Shown in pieces: positions 41,463 through 53,115 of a stretch of DNA of 64,000 nt (the first letter of the stretch is position 1; each line of letters starts with the position of its first letter). The notes below the pieces were generated by a model, which did no database searches, was not told the DNA's origin, and saw only the letters and a list, made by a program, of their open reading frames with translations. Position numbers and translations under genes: made by a program. Source of the DNA: Bigelowiella natans CCMP2755 (lineage: Eukaryota > Protista > Cercozoa); contig ADNK01002519.1 in assembly GCA_000320545.1 (NCBI GenBank), positions 124,001 to 188,000 on the forward strand, given 5' to 3'.

Positions 41463-42315
41463 ACCTAGACGTACCACTTTTCAGATATGTTTTGACTGTT
41501 GAATCGGAGACCTTGTTTGCAGTTCTTGAATTCTGTTTTGGGCCGTCATAATGAAATGAATGAATATACCCTGAGTCACATAGGACCACATTTCTACTTG
41601 ATAACAGGGAAGTGAATTGTAAAACTAGAATTAGATAATGAAATTAAAATAGGCTTATGCTAATCTAGCTAATTTTTAGTAAATGGAAACACAAGTAATT
41701 TAACCAATTTACAATGACAGATAGCAACATCTGCAGATGATGATGCTAGCAAAAAGTCTTATTAACGTCCAGACCTAGCTAGCTAGAGACTGGTCAACTA
41801 GTGAGTGTTGTTTTCAATCTAGCAATCATCATCATGACATTATCTAGATATTAGCTGAGTAAGCATGCATATCTAATTGGACATATATATCGCAGTTACT
41901 ATGTGCATGGGTTCAGAAGTGCATGCGTAGCACAATCAACTAGTAAACGTCATTTGCACGAACTAGCGAAGGTACCATCACATCCATGCCAGACTAGCAG
42001 ACTAGCAGACATCGCATGTGTGATTGCGCAATGGACCACAGCTAGCAGCAGGTACAGCCAAAATAAATTTTGCCTCTAGATCTAGCTGCTAGCATCTAGA
42101 TATCTAGATATACATGTCATGCATCGCTAGATCGAGCGAGCCTTTTCTCAAAATGACGTACTTTAGCAATCACACTGCTAGACTGTAGCTGCTAAGAACA
42201 TGGTTCACAGCACGAAGCACCTTTTATTAATAAGCTAAGCTAGAACAGTAGAAGTGTGCTGTATCCTTTCCATACATGTACCTGCATCTTGACTTCATAA
42301 CTATAAAATAGTAAG

Positions 42316-42382
<67 letters not shown>

Positions 42383-42692
42383 TGCGCGCGCTACGTGCAT
42401 ACATATATCCCATGCCCTGTACTTCGTTTCAGAGCTCATTGAGGTTGCGGATATAAAGTGCATAAATCTGCATTGCTAGATTGGGCAGGTCTAGAGGTGT
42501 TCAATAGTATTTTAATATGTACATCATGGTTGACAAGCAAACAGAACGGCTCCTGAGATCCAGACAGTGGACAAAATGTAATATCAAGGAATACTAGAAG
42601 ACCGATCTAGTCATTGATAACCAGCCATTCAAAATATAGTAAAGCGACGGAACTCTCCTCTATTACACGTACGTCATGTCAAGCATCTGGAG

Positions 42693-44289
42693 CTAAGCTT
42701 TAAATGCTTTGTCTAGATCTCCAATGATATCGTCTACGTTTTCAAGACCAATTGATAATCTGATAGAATTTGGTTCAACCCCTGCAAGAAGTTGTTCTTC
42801 GCCTGAAAGCTGGCTGTGCATCATCGAGGCAGGATGAGCAATCAAAGAGCGCGTATCTCCAAGGTTTGCAACCAAAGACAACATTTCCACCGAATCCACA
42901 AATTTCTTCGCCGCATCAAAACCACCCGCAATTTTGAATGAAAAGAGAGACCCTGCTCCTTTCGGACAATACTTTTGGGATAAATCATAAGATGGGTTCG
43001 AAGGCAGGCCTGCATATGTAATACTCTCCACGTTTGGATGGCTCTCGAGGTATTTAGCAACTTCCAACGCATTGCTACAGTGTCGCTCCATTCTCAAAGG
43101 CAAAGTCTCTATTCCTGTGTTGATGAGGAAAGCATTGAAGGGGCTTAAGCAGGCACCGATATCGCGTAGTCCCATCGCCCTTGCTCCAACAGAAAAGGCC
43201 ATTCCCGTCTGTCCCTTAGTTCCGAACATCTCTGCTACAGGACCATCCTTTCCGAAGACTTCTCCAAAATTGAGTCCATGATAACTTTGACATGGCGTAG
43301 CCAAATGTGGGAATTTTTCGGGTTGAGATGCCCAGTCAAAGGTGCCCTTCTCAACAATCAAACCACCCAACGCATTTCCATGGCCACCGAGAAATTTGGT
43401 CGCTGAATGGATCACAATGTCGGCTCCCCACTCGAAGGGACGAACCAAGTATGGCGAGGCGGTAGTATTGTCAACAATCAAGGGAATTCCCGCTCCCTGA
43501 GCAATTTCCGAGAGCTTTTCCAAATCGGTGATGATGCCTCCAGGATTCGCAATGGATTCACAGTAAATAGCCTTCGTCTTGCTATCGATCGCGTTTTCAA
43601 TGGCCTTGAAGTCGTCTTGATCATGTAGCCGAGCTTCCCAGCCAAATTTCGGAAACGTCTGTGTGAACTGCGTGAAGGAGCCACCATAAAGCTTGTTTGT
43701 GCTAACAAAATTGTCTCCAGGCATCATTAGATTGGAAAAGGCGAGGGCTTGTCTGATAGAGGTTATGAGAGAATGTTTAAAACTTGATACATAAGTCAAT
43801 TCATGCCGTGTTATTACGCTGCATGCCCCGACGCAACTGCCAAAGCAGCCATTCCTCCCTCAAGCTGAGCTATCTTCCCCTCGAGAGCGTCGCAAGTGGG
43901 GTTGCCGATGCGGGAATAGATAGGTCCAAATGCTTGTAACGCAAACTTACTCGCCGCATCGTCCGTATCCTTGAACACAAAGGCCGTGTTCATGCAAATA
44001 GGTGGGATTCGAGATCCATTAACTGGGTCTGGTTCTTGCCCACCATGAAGACAAATGGTGTTGAAGTTGTGTTCAGGTACTACGGAGGGTGGGCAGCGTC
44101 CTCCATAACCTTATCAGATAAATGAGCGAAGAAATCTTACACAATACCGTTCGAATAAGAAAATTGCATGTACATCACACCTTTAGATTCTGACGAAAAT
44201 GCCCGTCTAGCTGTGGCTGGAGAACAAACCGCAATCAGCCGGGAGCTTAATGCGGGATTGGCAAGGGGGGCGAGGGACTTCGAGAGCAT
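42693..44289 (-). CDS. metY: O-acetylhomoserine/O-acetylserine sulfhydrylase (MetY/Met17), PLP-dependent, with a mitochondrial-type presequence; 3 exons
   Basis: Motifs FNTICLHGGQEPDP, IYSRIGNPTCDALE, ASGHAAQ, IVDNTTASPYL, HSATKFLGGHG (PLP lysine), ETLPLRMERH, ANLGDTRSLIAHPAS and IRLSIGLE. The leader is MLSKSLAPLANPALSSRLIAVCSPATARRAFSSESK. Confidence 0.92.
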
Positions 44290-45044
44290 AACCGCTATAT
44301 TTTTTGACGCAAATATCTCTTGTTGTCGCAGAGAAGAAACCGAAGACAAAACAAGTATCGGGAAAGAATAAAATAAGAAAGATTGCCTACGAGTACGAGT
44401 GTACCTGTAGAGAGATCTACTGAAGGAAGTACACGTGATATACGCATGCCTTTTCTCGTCTACCAGACATACATGTACGACCAATACGAGTACCCACCTG
44501 TGCGTACCCCTTCCATTCAGACCCGAACATCATAAAAACCAACAAAATTCCGCTTGAAGTTCTTTAATTCCTATAATTATCTCGACAACCACAATAACTC
44601 CTGATAAACTCAGATCCTGCTAATTCACTTGTAAAACATCTGAGAGACAACGGTTTTCGAGTTTTAAAATTGACTTTGCCCCCTTCAACCAAGAGATACC
44701 GTCGTTAGCTCGATGTCAAGACACAATTACTCGTTCAAAACCAATGATAGAAGGGAGGAAAAATCATAGCGACAGAATAAATAAACTATTCATCATAATT
44801 TTCACATGGATTCTAAGAAAATCTATACGTAACATGGACTCATTTGGTATCAATTAAAGCTACCGTCCCTGACACAGCTACAATTAAGAAGCATCCTCTA
44901 TCTGCTCTATCACGGCACAACAGCAAAGAGGGGGCGGAATAATACGCACCAAGAAAGTGGGGTGGTTCAAAAAATATACATGGTGGATGGTGTGTAAAAA
45001 CGCTTTCGACATCTTACCTGTGTTTTGTTGTTCACAGGAAGATA

Positions 45045-46124
45045 ATGGAGACGACGTGGGCCTCGGAGCTGTTGGACATGGCATGTCAACTTACTCCTCA
45101 GCATTCACTAGCAATTGGGATGGATTTACCACCAATATCAGGGGAGGGACTTCAATTTGAATCCCTTGGTATGGATTCCTTCCCAAGCATTGATGCATTA
45201 TTGCCATCAAGCCCGATAATCTCATATTCTGGCAAAAATCCTAGTCTATCTGATACCAAAATACAAGATGAGACCCCTCCAAAACTTGAAGTTAAGGCAC
45301 AAAAACAGGAAAGTAAGGAAGAACTAGATGTTCCTTCTCTCAATTTTACGCTTAGTGGGCCTCCCACCACCACGTCGATAACTTCAAGCATAGAAGATCA
45401 GGACACAAAATCGGCCCGTGGGTTACACCCTTCAAGAATGAAACGGAGACCGAATGAATGGAAAACTCTGATAAAGAACAGCACTAATTTTGATCTTTTT
45501 GCTCCGGGATTAATAACCCTATTGGACTTTGATGGTATCGAGCTTTGGGCAATGGACGCCAGAACTGGAGATGTGGTTAATATTGCAGATACTGTTCGGG
45601 ACGAGAGCTTGCTGAAATGGTCCTGGGATAGCAACAGCTGGAAGCTAGCAGCAGGCAAGGGAATGATAGGGCGCGTTTACCTAACAGGAATAGCAGAGTG
45701 GGAAAATGATATTTCAAAAGTTGAGGATGACGTATTCCTTCGATGTCCTATTGCACAGAGACTCCGAGTCAAAGGGGTGGGTTGCATTCCTGTTGAAGCA
45801 CCTACTGGCGACCAAATTATTGTCTTCATGTATAGTCGGAAGGAGCTCGGATTTGATAAAGATAAAGCGCGTAAGAAGTTTGTGGAGGATATGATTAGGC
45901 AGTGGATGCGAAATAGTAAAAACACGGTGAGATTTCATTCTTCGAAAAAGAGTTCTGTCCGAATGGTTGTGAAGAGGGGGGAGAAAGGTTCATCCTCAAT
46001 ACAAATACATAAGAAAAATGGTGAATCTATGCCACCTCCCTCGTCAAAAGCCCCCAAAAATGACGAGGAGCGGCAAAAGCAGAAGAGACGTAGAGGAAGT
46101 ATTTTAGAACAGACCGTGGATTGA
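45045..46124 (+). CDS. Single-exon protein with an NLP/NIN-type GAF-like domain and a basic C-terminus
   Basis: AGKGMIGRVYLTGIAEWENDISKVEDDVFLRCPIAQRLRVKGVGCIPV resembles the GLPGRV...PEW...R...A....V.G...PV motif of the NLP N-terminal GAF. The C-terminal KQKRRR is NLS-like. Confidence 0.65.
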   Translation: METTWASELLDMACQLTPQHSLAIGMDLPPISGEGLQFESLGMDSFPSIDALLPSSPIISYSGKNPSLSDTKIQDETPPKLEVKAQKQESKEELDVPSLNFTLSGPPTTTSITSSIEDQDTKSARGLHPSRMKRRPNEWKTLIKNSTNFDLFAPGLITLLDFDGIELWAMDARTGDVVNIADTVRDESLLKWSWDSNSWKLAAGKGMIGRVYLTGIAEWENDISKVEDDVFLRCPIAQRLRVKGVGCIPVEAPTGDQIIVFMYSRKELGFDKDKARKKFVEDMIRQWMRNSKNTVRFHSSKKSSVRMVVKRGEKGSSSIQIHKKNGESMPPPSSKAPKNDEERQKQKRRRGSILEQTVD

Positions 46125-47272
46125 TGCGGTATCTTTGACTCATGAAATAACTGACTCAAAAAAATTTAGAAAATTAACTAGGTCCTCGTCAATATAACTA
46201 GTTCTGGGAAAAGTAAGCCAAGAATATGACTCCAAACCTACCTCATCCACTTCCAAATGCGCGAAAGAATTAACAATACCCGCAAATTATTATCGATTTT
46301 GCTGTTTTTAGAAACTAGATTTATACGCTTAGATATCAGGGACCATTATCTTTTAGATAACTAAGCCATTATATGTAGTTTATATTTATATGTACTCTGC
46401 TAAAGAATACATTCGCATTATACGCTCTCGTATGCGCGTGCATTTGTGGCTACGATACACACTACATAACAAGTGTACGTTTCATACATGTAATATTTTT
46501 TTCGATGGACGCGCCCGGCGATTGCTAGATTGGCGTATCACAATGTACGCGTATCCCGCAGAAGGCTGCGATGCAACTATCAATCAAATGATGCATGCAT
46601 GTACCAGTTTTGATGAACACGCGCTGAAAGTCCAGTGCGCATGCAGTATATGACGTGTAAGTGCATGCATGCTGGCATGACATTTCGCCAGGATTCTGAT
46701 GGAGCTTTCGATCGACTGACAATGGAAAAATATAGTGTTATTGAATGCAAACAAAAACATGATGATCATTGCGTGGCGCGAAGACGATGGCGGAGCGAGG
46801 ACGCATTACTTGATTTCGAGCTACTATGGCACACGACATATAGCTAATAAGTAGAGCGGTGTGACGATAAAAATGGAGCTCACAGTCGCCATCTAGCCAT
46901 GTCAGAGTAAGGTCGTCCATCAACCAAAAATCAATTACACTATCTTCGCATAATTAGCCTCAAAACCTCGACACGCCTGCTATGCATGCTTTGGCTGAGA
47001 CCTCTATCGATCGTTGCAATCTAGCAATGCCATACTCTAGTACTAGCATAGTATGTGCATGCGATTACAGTCATGCTGCATGGTAAGACCGTTCATAGCA
47101 TGCGCGCCGACAATGTAGACCGTCACAACCATTTACAACAACTAGGTGAAAATGCACAAATATTTATGTGGAGAACCTAAAGTTTTCGATGCCATTACTT
47201 ACATTTCTTAAATGTAGCATATTGTATACATGTACAGTCATACGTAACAGGCGGTATTGACAGTGATTTATT

Positions 47273-49510
47273 CTATACGGGAGCTGAATTTTTCGATGGA
47301 AATATTTTGTGGTGCAGGTTGCTGTATGCCTCTTCCCATGTTGGATATTCTTGCCACCCGAGTAAACTACCAGCGACCGTTATTCCGTGATAACTATCCA
47401 TCGATAACACGCCCAATGAGAATACAATCAGTATCATAATCCCTAGGCCAATGTTCACCGCAACACCTCCAATATGATCATTATTTGCATTTGCAGTGGG
47501 AGCAAGTATCCATTCGACAAGGGAACATATGATTACAACACCTCCTATACACCCTGTGGAAATAAGATACGCATTTTTTATGCTTTGTGTAGATCCTTCA
47601 CGTATGATGATATTCAGTAAGTAGTATCCTGTGACACCAATGGCTGCGGTTACTAATATGACCACAGCTGGCCCGCCATTAACCGTACAGACGATTTTAG
47701 CAACACCATAAATTGATGACAGTGTCGTGACCATAGCAGCTAGCAGAATCTGTGCAGCATTTGTGTCTGGTGGTATCAACATTGCGCGAAGTCCAACTGT
47801 AAGTCGAAACAGTCTATGGGATATGAGTAGGTATAGCAGTGACACAAAGAAGAAGTTGCACAAAGGAGAGTTTGGAATGAAGACCAGTAGAGACTTGGCA
47901 TTTGTTGTCAACCAGATATGATGCTGCATGAGGTAGGTCTCTAAAGTAATCTTCCCCATCTTCGTCAGCAGCGAGAGATGGTATGATCGTAATGTTAGAG
48001 TACAGTTTCGTAAGAAGATATAGCTGGTAAGAGGTATCCAGAAAAGGTACGGATGGTGATCATTATATTCGAATTTTGGCAGCATGAAAACCTGCGAGAT
48101 CCATACGCTCATAATCACTCCAATTACACAAATGACGAATCCTTTCATAAGCCACTGAGTTTTCATAGGTAACTTTTCTGTTGCCTTCAACCAAGCACTT
48201 GCCATAGGATGGTTTAAAGCGAAGGCCATGCCGAACACGGCACTATAATGATCAAGGCCTGATCGAAAATGCCATTCGTGTAGTGTTCCATTCGTCGCCC
48301 CGATTATAGGGTTGGAACTTAAAAATCCCCAGACAATCTGGAAAACACCTGCAGAGTTAAAAATAGTTTCAGACGCAGCATCAATTGAAGGACATCCCCA
48401 TTTATGGTTTGGTGGAAACACATCTAAGTTTTCACAAGAAATTACATGCTACCTGGAACATCCCAAACGAAGAAAATCACCAAAGCAAGCACCATGAGCT
48501 TCCACCTCACTGGGTATTTGTCGTGGTTGCACGATGAAAAGATGTACATGGCAGCGTAAACCATTAGGAAGTAGAAGGTGTGCAAAGGGTTGATATAGTA
48601 GAGAATGAAAGTATTGCCGTGAACCATGATAAGCCAAAATACGAGGAAGTTTAGTCGCCACATCATTTGCCAGAAACGAACAAATCCAAAGTCTCTCTTA
48701 ATGTAAAAAAAACTGAAGTTTCCAAAGCCCGTCATCCAAACGTAGCACGATATAAATACTCGAATGGAGTTGTAGACCTCTTTTGCGTGAAAGTAGTGGT
48801 AAATTAGGAACAAAAATTGCATCCATCCTTTCCATTCCTCAGTTTGATCACGATTAAGAATTGAAGTGTCCTTGTTCGACTTGATTGTGGTGAGGGCAAA
48901 CGCAGCGTACACGAGAGTTATGAACCAGAAGATGTCCCTGCTGTAATGCTTGTTGGCGTGGTCAAACAGTGGCCGATTCTCGCAAAACCAGGAGTAAATC
49001 AGGATTCCACCAAACTGGGACAAATAGTTCATGAGGAGTAATATGGAATCGAAGGTGCAGGTTACTGGCTCAATTTTAGCCGTCTTTTCAGGGACGTTAG
49101 ATTTCGCGCTGTTTTGGATTCTAGCCCCCTTCCCTTCTACAATGTCGCCTTTATGGTCACCACGATGACGCTCCCGATCAGAATCTGGTTCGCCATCCCG
49201 TGCTTGATGAAGCATTTCTGATTCCTCGCTTGTGTCAACAGGCTCGTAGTTGCGACCTTGTTGCTGAGAACCATTATGGCGGTGGCTTCTATTTTTTACA
49301 GACATGATAATCCAGATCATGAAGGCGGCGCCAAATGTAATGAACGCAAATGTTGTGCCAACCTCATCGAATGCATGCACCTAGATAAGAAGGGAAGGAA
49401 TTAGGGAATGTCTGTAATTGTGCTCCGAGAATGTATCCATAAGAACGACTACACACAACATATTAAGAAAGAAAATGATGCATTCATACCTGATGATGAT
49501 AGTACTCCAT
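47273..49510 (-). CDS. CASD1: CAS1-domain O-acetyltransferase (CASD1/RWA/Cas1p family); exons 49510-49490, 49380-48453, 48423-47273
   Basis: Hallmark motifs LNRDQTEEWKGWMQ, YVWMTGFGNFSFF, YYINPLHTFYF, EWHFRSGLDHY and GKITLETYLMQHHIWL; multiple TMs. Confidence 0.9.
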
Positions 49511-50087
49511 TTTGCCTTGGCAGCTGTTACTTTCCGATTAATCTCAAAATATCTTGCTTAGAGTTTTACCCTTCTCTGTTTCTCTTGGTGCAGGAATAAT
49601 TGCTCAACGATGATCTAATGTTAAAGACCAAACTTCCAGTGATCTCGAGGAAATTAGGGCCAGCAAACTAAAACCTCGTTTCTAATTGTAACAGCTATAA
49701 CCTAGCCTTCCAACCACTCTATCTTTCCTCCCCCTGAGAAGAACTCGTAGTCCAAGGCGTGCGGAGGAGCTGGATTTTCCAGTAGGATCGTCTGTTTGGT
49801 GCAATGACGTGACAACGTAACAAGCATGACGGAAGTCTAAATATCATGGCATTTTTTTACTGCGACAACACCGACAGATTTGATACGCGATAAGAGCATG
49901 CATTTCTGATAAATGGCAGAATTACAATTGTCGTTGTGCATAAATGTGTTGTTTCTTTCACTACATGTATTACTAAGGCTGACTTGTCGCAGGAGATAAA
50001 TTACCTATATTTATTGTGAATTATAGCCTTCTCCGAGCTCATGCAGGAAATATCGGACCATTGCAGGCAGGAAGGAGGGGGACTACA

Positions 50088-52202
50088 ATGGGCTCGAGCA
50101 CAAACATGATGGTGCCTCTGAGTCGGCGACTTTTTCCAAGACTAGCGTGTGCGCTCCTTGCGATCGCGATTCCTCATTTGAAAGGCTTGCCTATCACCCA
50201 AGTGAGTCCCTTCTTTCCTGCCAAAGCACTGTATTTTGTTCTAACAAGGGGCTATTTATAATGATAATTGTGTTTTCTGAAGCAGCCTGGAAGAGTCTAC
50301 AACTACATAAGAACAGGAAGGAGTGGAGTAAATCGCATGATTGGCAGGAGGATGAAGCTGACAGCATGGAGAAGCCAAATGAGGAGGCCTTTTGGTCGAC
50401 AATCTCCACGAAATTCCATGTCCTCCGATGACACTGAACGAACACCTATTGCTCCCCATCAACCATCACGGGCTGAAGGTGACACAATTTGTGCCATAGC
50501 GACCGGTGAGGGATCTAAGGTAGTTCATTGTTGATTGGAGCGACCCTCCACCCATCCGCAAAATCTTGGTTATGACGTCGTTCAGCAATGAACAATTAGA
50601 ATCTGAATTACATCCATTTGCAACAGGGAGCGGTGGGAATCGTTCGGATATCTGGACCCCTCGCAGTGAATATCACAAAACGATCCTTCCGTGCGAGTAG
50701 AAGAGATGGTAAAGGAAATCGCAAATGGGGTGACGACGAGTCTCTACCTCGATCTCACAGAGTATATTACGGAAATGTGGTTGATTACGAGGAACAAGTC
50801 CTAGACGAAGTAGTATCTGCATACTTGTCTCTTCAAAAAGCCATTGAAAGAAGAAAAATGAGGAGAAAATAAAGATTTAGAAATTCACCAAAACGTAGAG
50901 GTTTAAACTCATATCGTGAATAGTTATACATTTTGTTTGTAGGTATTGCTGATACCCATGCTCGCGCCAAGGTCGTACACCCGTGAGGATGTTATTGAGT
51001 TTCACTGTCATGGGGGTAGAGTTTGCCTTCAGCGTGTGCTTGAACGGTGCCTTCAACTTGGTGCAAGGTTGGCCAGACCTGGAGAATTTACTTTTCGAGC
51101 TTACCTTAATGGACGAATAGATTTGTCTCAAGCAGAGAGTATTGGCCAGTTAATAAACGCAAAGACTGTCGGCGCTGCTGATAGTGCTCTTGCAGGATTG
51201 AGTGGGGGAATAGGTGCTGAGGTAACATCGCTTCGTACAGAGCTCATCGATTTAATGGCGCAAGTGGAAGCAAGGGTTGATTTTGAAGAGGATGTGGAAG
51301 ATGAAATCGACAAATTAGAAATCTTGCTCCGAGTTCAGGAAATGGAGATGCGAATGGACAAAATGCTACAAACTGTTAAAAAGGGTCGACTATTGCGGGA
51401 AGGATTCCAACTAGCTCTTGTTGGAAGACCGAATGTAGGGAAATCATCACTACTCAATAGGTGGTGCGGAGTAAATCGCGCCATTGTAACACCTATAGCG
51501 GGAACTACTCGTGATGTTGTCGAAGCCGCTGTGGACATAGGAGGATTCCCAGCTACTCTCCTGGATACTGCAGGTATAAGGGATGGGGAGAATGTGGATC
51601 AAGTAGAGCGAATAGGTGTTGAGAGATCACGTGCGGCAGCTCAAGAAGCTGACATCGTGGTGATGGTCGTTGATGCAAAAGAAGGTTGGCAAAAAGAAGA
51701 TCAAGATGTTTTAGATGCAATAAAGGGCCAAGGAGGTCCAGCGATTCTTGTTAAGAACAAAGTAGACACAGTCATAGACGACACCACTGACTCTCATTAT
51801 TTTTCCAATGGAAATGGTGATCATAGCAAAACCAAAACTGATTCTCGCATTGTTATTCCTGAGGGAGTTCTCAATGAATTCACGGACATAGTATCAACCT
51901 CTGCTTTGAATGGCGAAGGTCTCCAAACCTTGGAAGATAAAGTTGCCAAGATTCTCACAGGTTCTGCTGATGATATTTCTCAATCGAGAGGATGGGCTAT
52001 AAACCAGAGGCAAGCAGAAGCCTTGACACGAGCTGGTGAATCCATTTCCCGTCTTTTGTGCTTAATAAAGCAGGAAGCTACGATCGACATGTGGTCGATA
52101 GACCTACGTGGAGCTGTTGCTGCTTTAGGTGAAATCAAAGGAGATGAGGTTCAGGAAGAAATGCTAGATTCGATATTCGAGAACTTTTGCATAGGAAAGT
52201 AG
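50088..52202 (+). CDS. mnmE: tRNA modification GTPase MnmE/TrmE with a signal-peptide-like N-terminal leader, probably plastid-targeted; multi-exon
   Basis: Motifs DTICAIAT, GAVGIVRISG, PRSYTREDVIEFHCHGG, GEFTFRAYLNGRIDLSQAE, G1 GRPNVGKSS, GTTRD, DTAG, NKVD and the terminal FCIGK. Confidence 0.95.
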
Positions 52203-52959
52203 CCCATGGCATATACAGCAGTATTTTTTCCTCCTAACAAACGAGACAGTGATGTGGCGGTGTAATGCGGTGCATAGATCTATCTAGCGTAGGTATCAGG
52301 TCAAAATTTTCATGCTGCACCCAGGACGAGCAAATGTGAGACGGATGTAATGAATAAATTAAACTTGTTCAATGGTCACCCTCATGTAGCTGTGCAAACC
52401 AGCGGCTACAGCGCTGATATTAAATCTGTTTGTTTCCATTGTCGAGCAAATGTAGCAGATCGCTGTCGCAGTGGACCCGTCAGCGTGCGATGATGCGATG
52501 ATGTGTCGTGCAATTAGGAGAGAGACGTATGTCTATTATGCGTGTGAGACAGCTGTGTCTATGATGATTACGCACTAGATAAGGAACACCCAAAATGCAG
52601 AATGTTTTAGCATTGATGCGCAATTAATAAGCAAACACGCATGCAGGTACGATACTTCTACGATCTACGCAAGCTAGTCAAGAGACTGGCGGCATCGTGC
52701 GTACGTGCGATGCGTCGATCAAGTTTCAAATTCACTGATGCACAAATTGCATGTACATATTGATAGAGTGAGCCGATTCGGACCCTCGCATCGGGAGAAC
52801 AACGCAATGCGCGTCGTTACTTTGTGCAACACATATGCGCCATGTACGTATAGCAATGATGAGCTGTCATCCCAACACAACGCACGCACAATCGAGGCAG
52901 AACGATTACATGAATGCACGATGGCGCAGAACAAGAGCGCACAACCCAGCGCAATGCTG

Positions 52960-53087
52960 TCGACGTGTGGTCGATAGACCTACGTGGAGCTGTTGCTGTG
53001 CTCTAGGTGAAATCAAAGGATATGAGGTTTAGGAGGAAATGCTAGATTCGATATTCGAGACTTTGCATTGGAAAGTAGCCCATGGCA
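52960..53087 (+). pseudogene. Decayed duplicate of the mnmE 3' end and stop region (copy of 52084-52211)
   Basis: tcgac.tgtggtcgatagacctacgtggagctgttgctg...ggtgaaatcaaagga.atgaggtt.agga.gaaatgctagattcgatattcgaga...ggaaagtagcccatggca is repeated with substitutions and small indels. Confidence 0.95.
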
Positions 53088-53115
53088 ACGCAACTGAGTA
53101 CATTTGTGCTACTCG

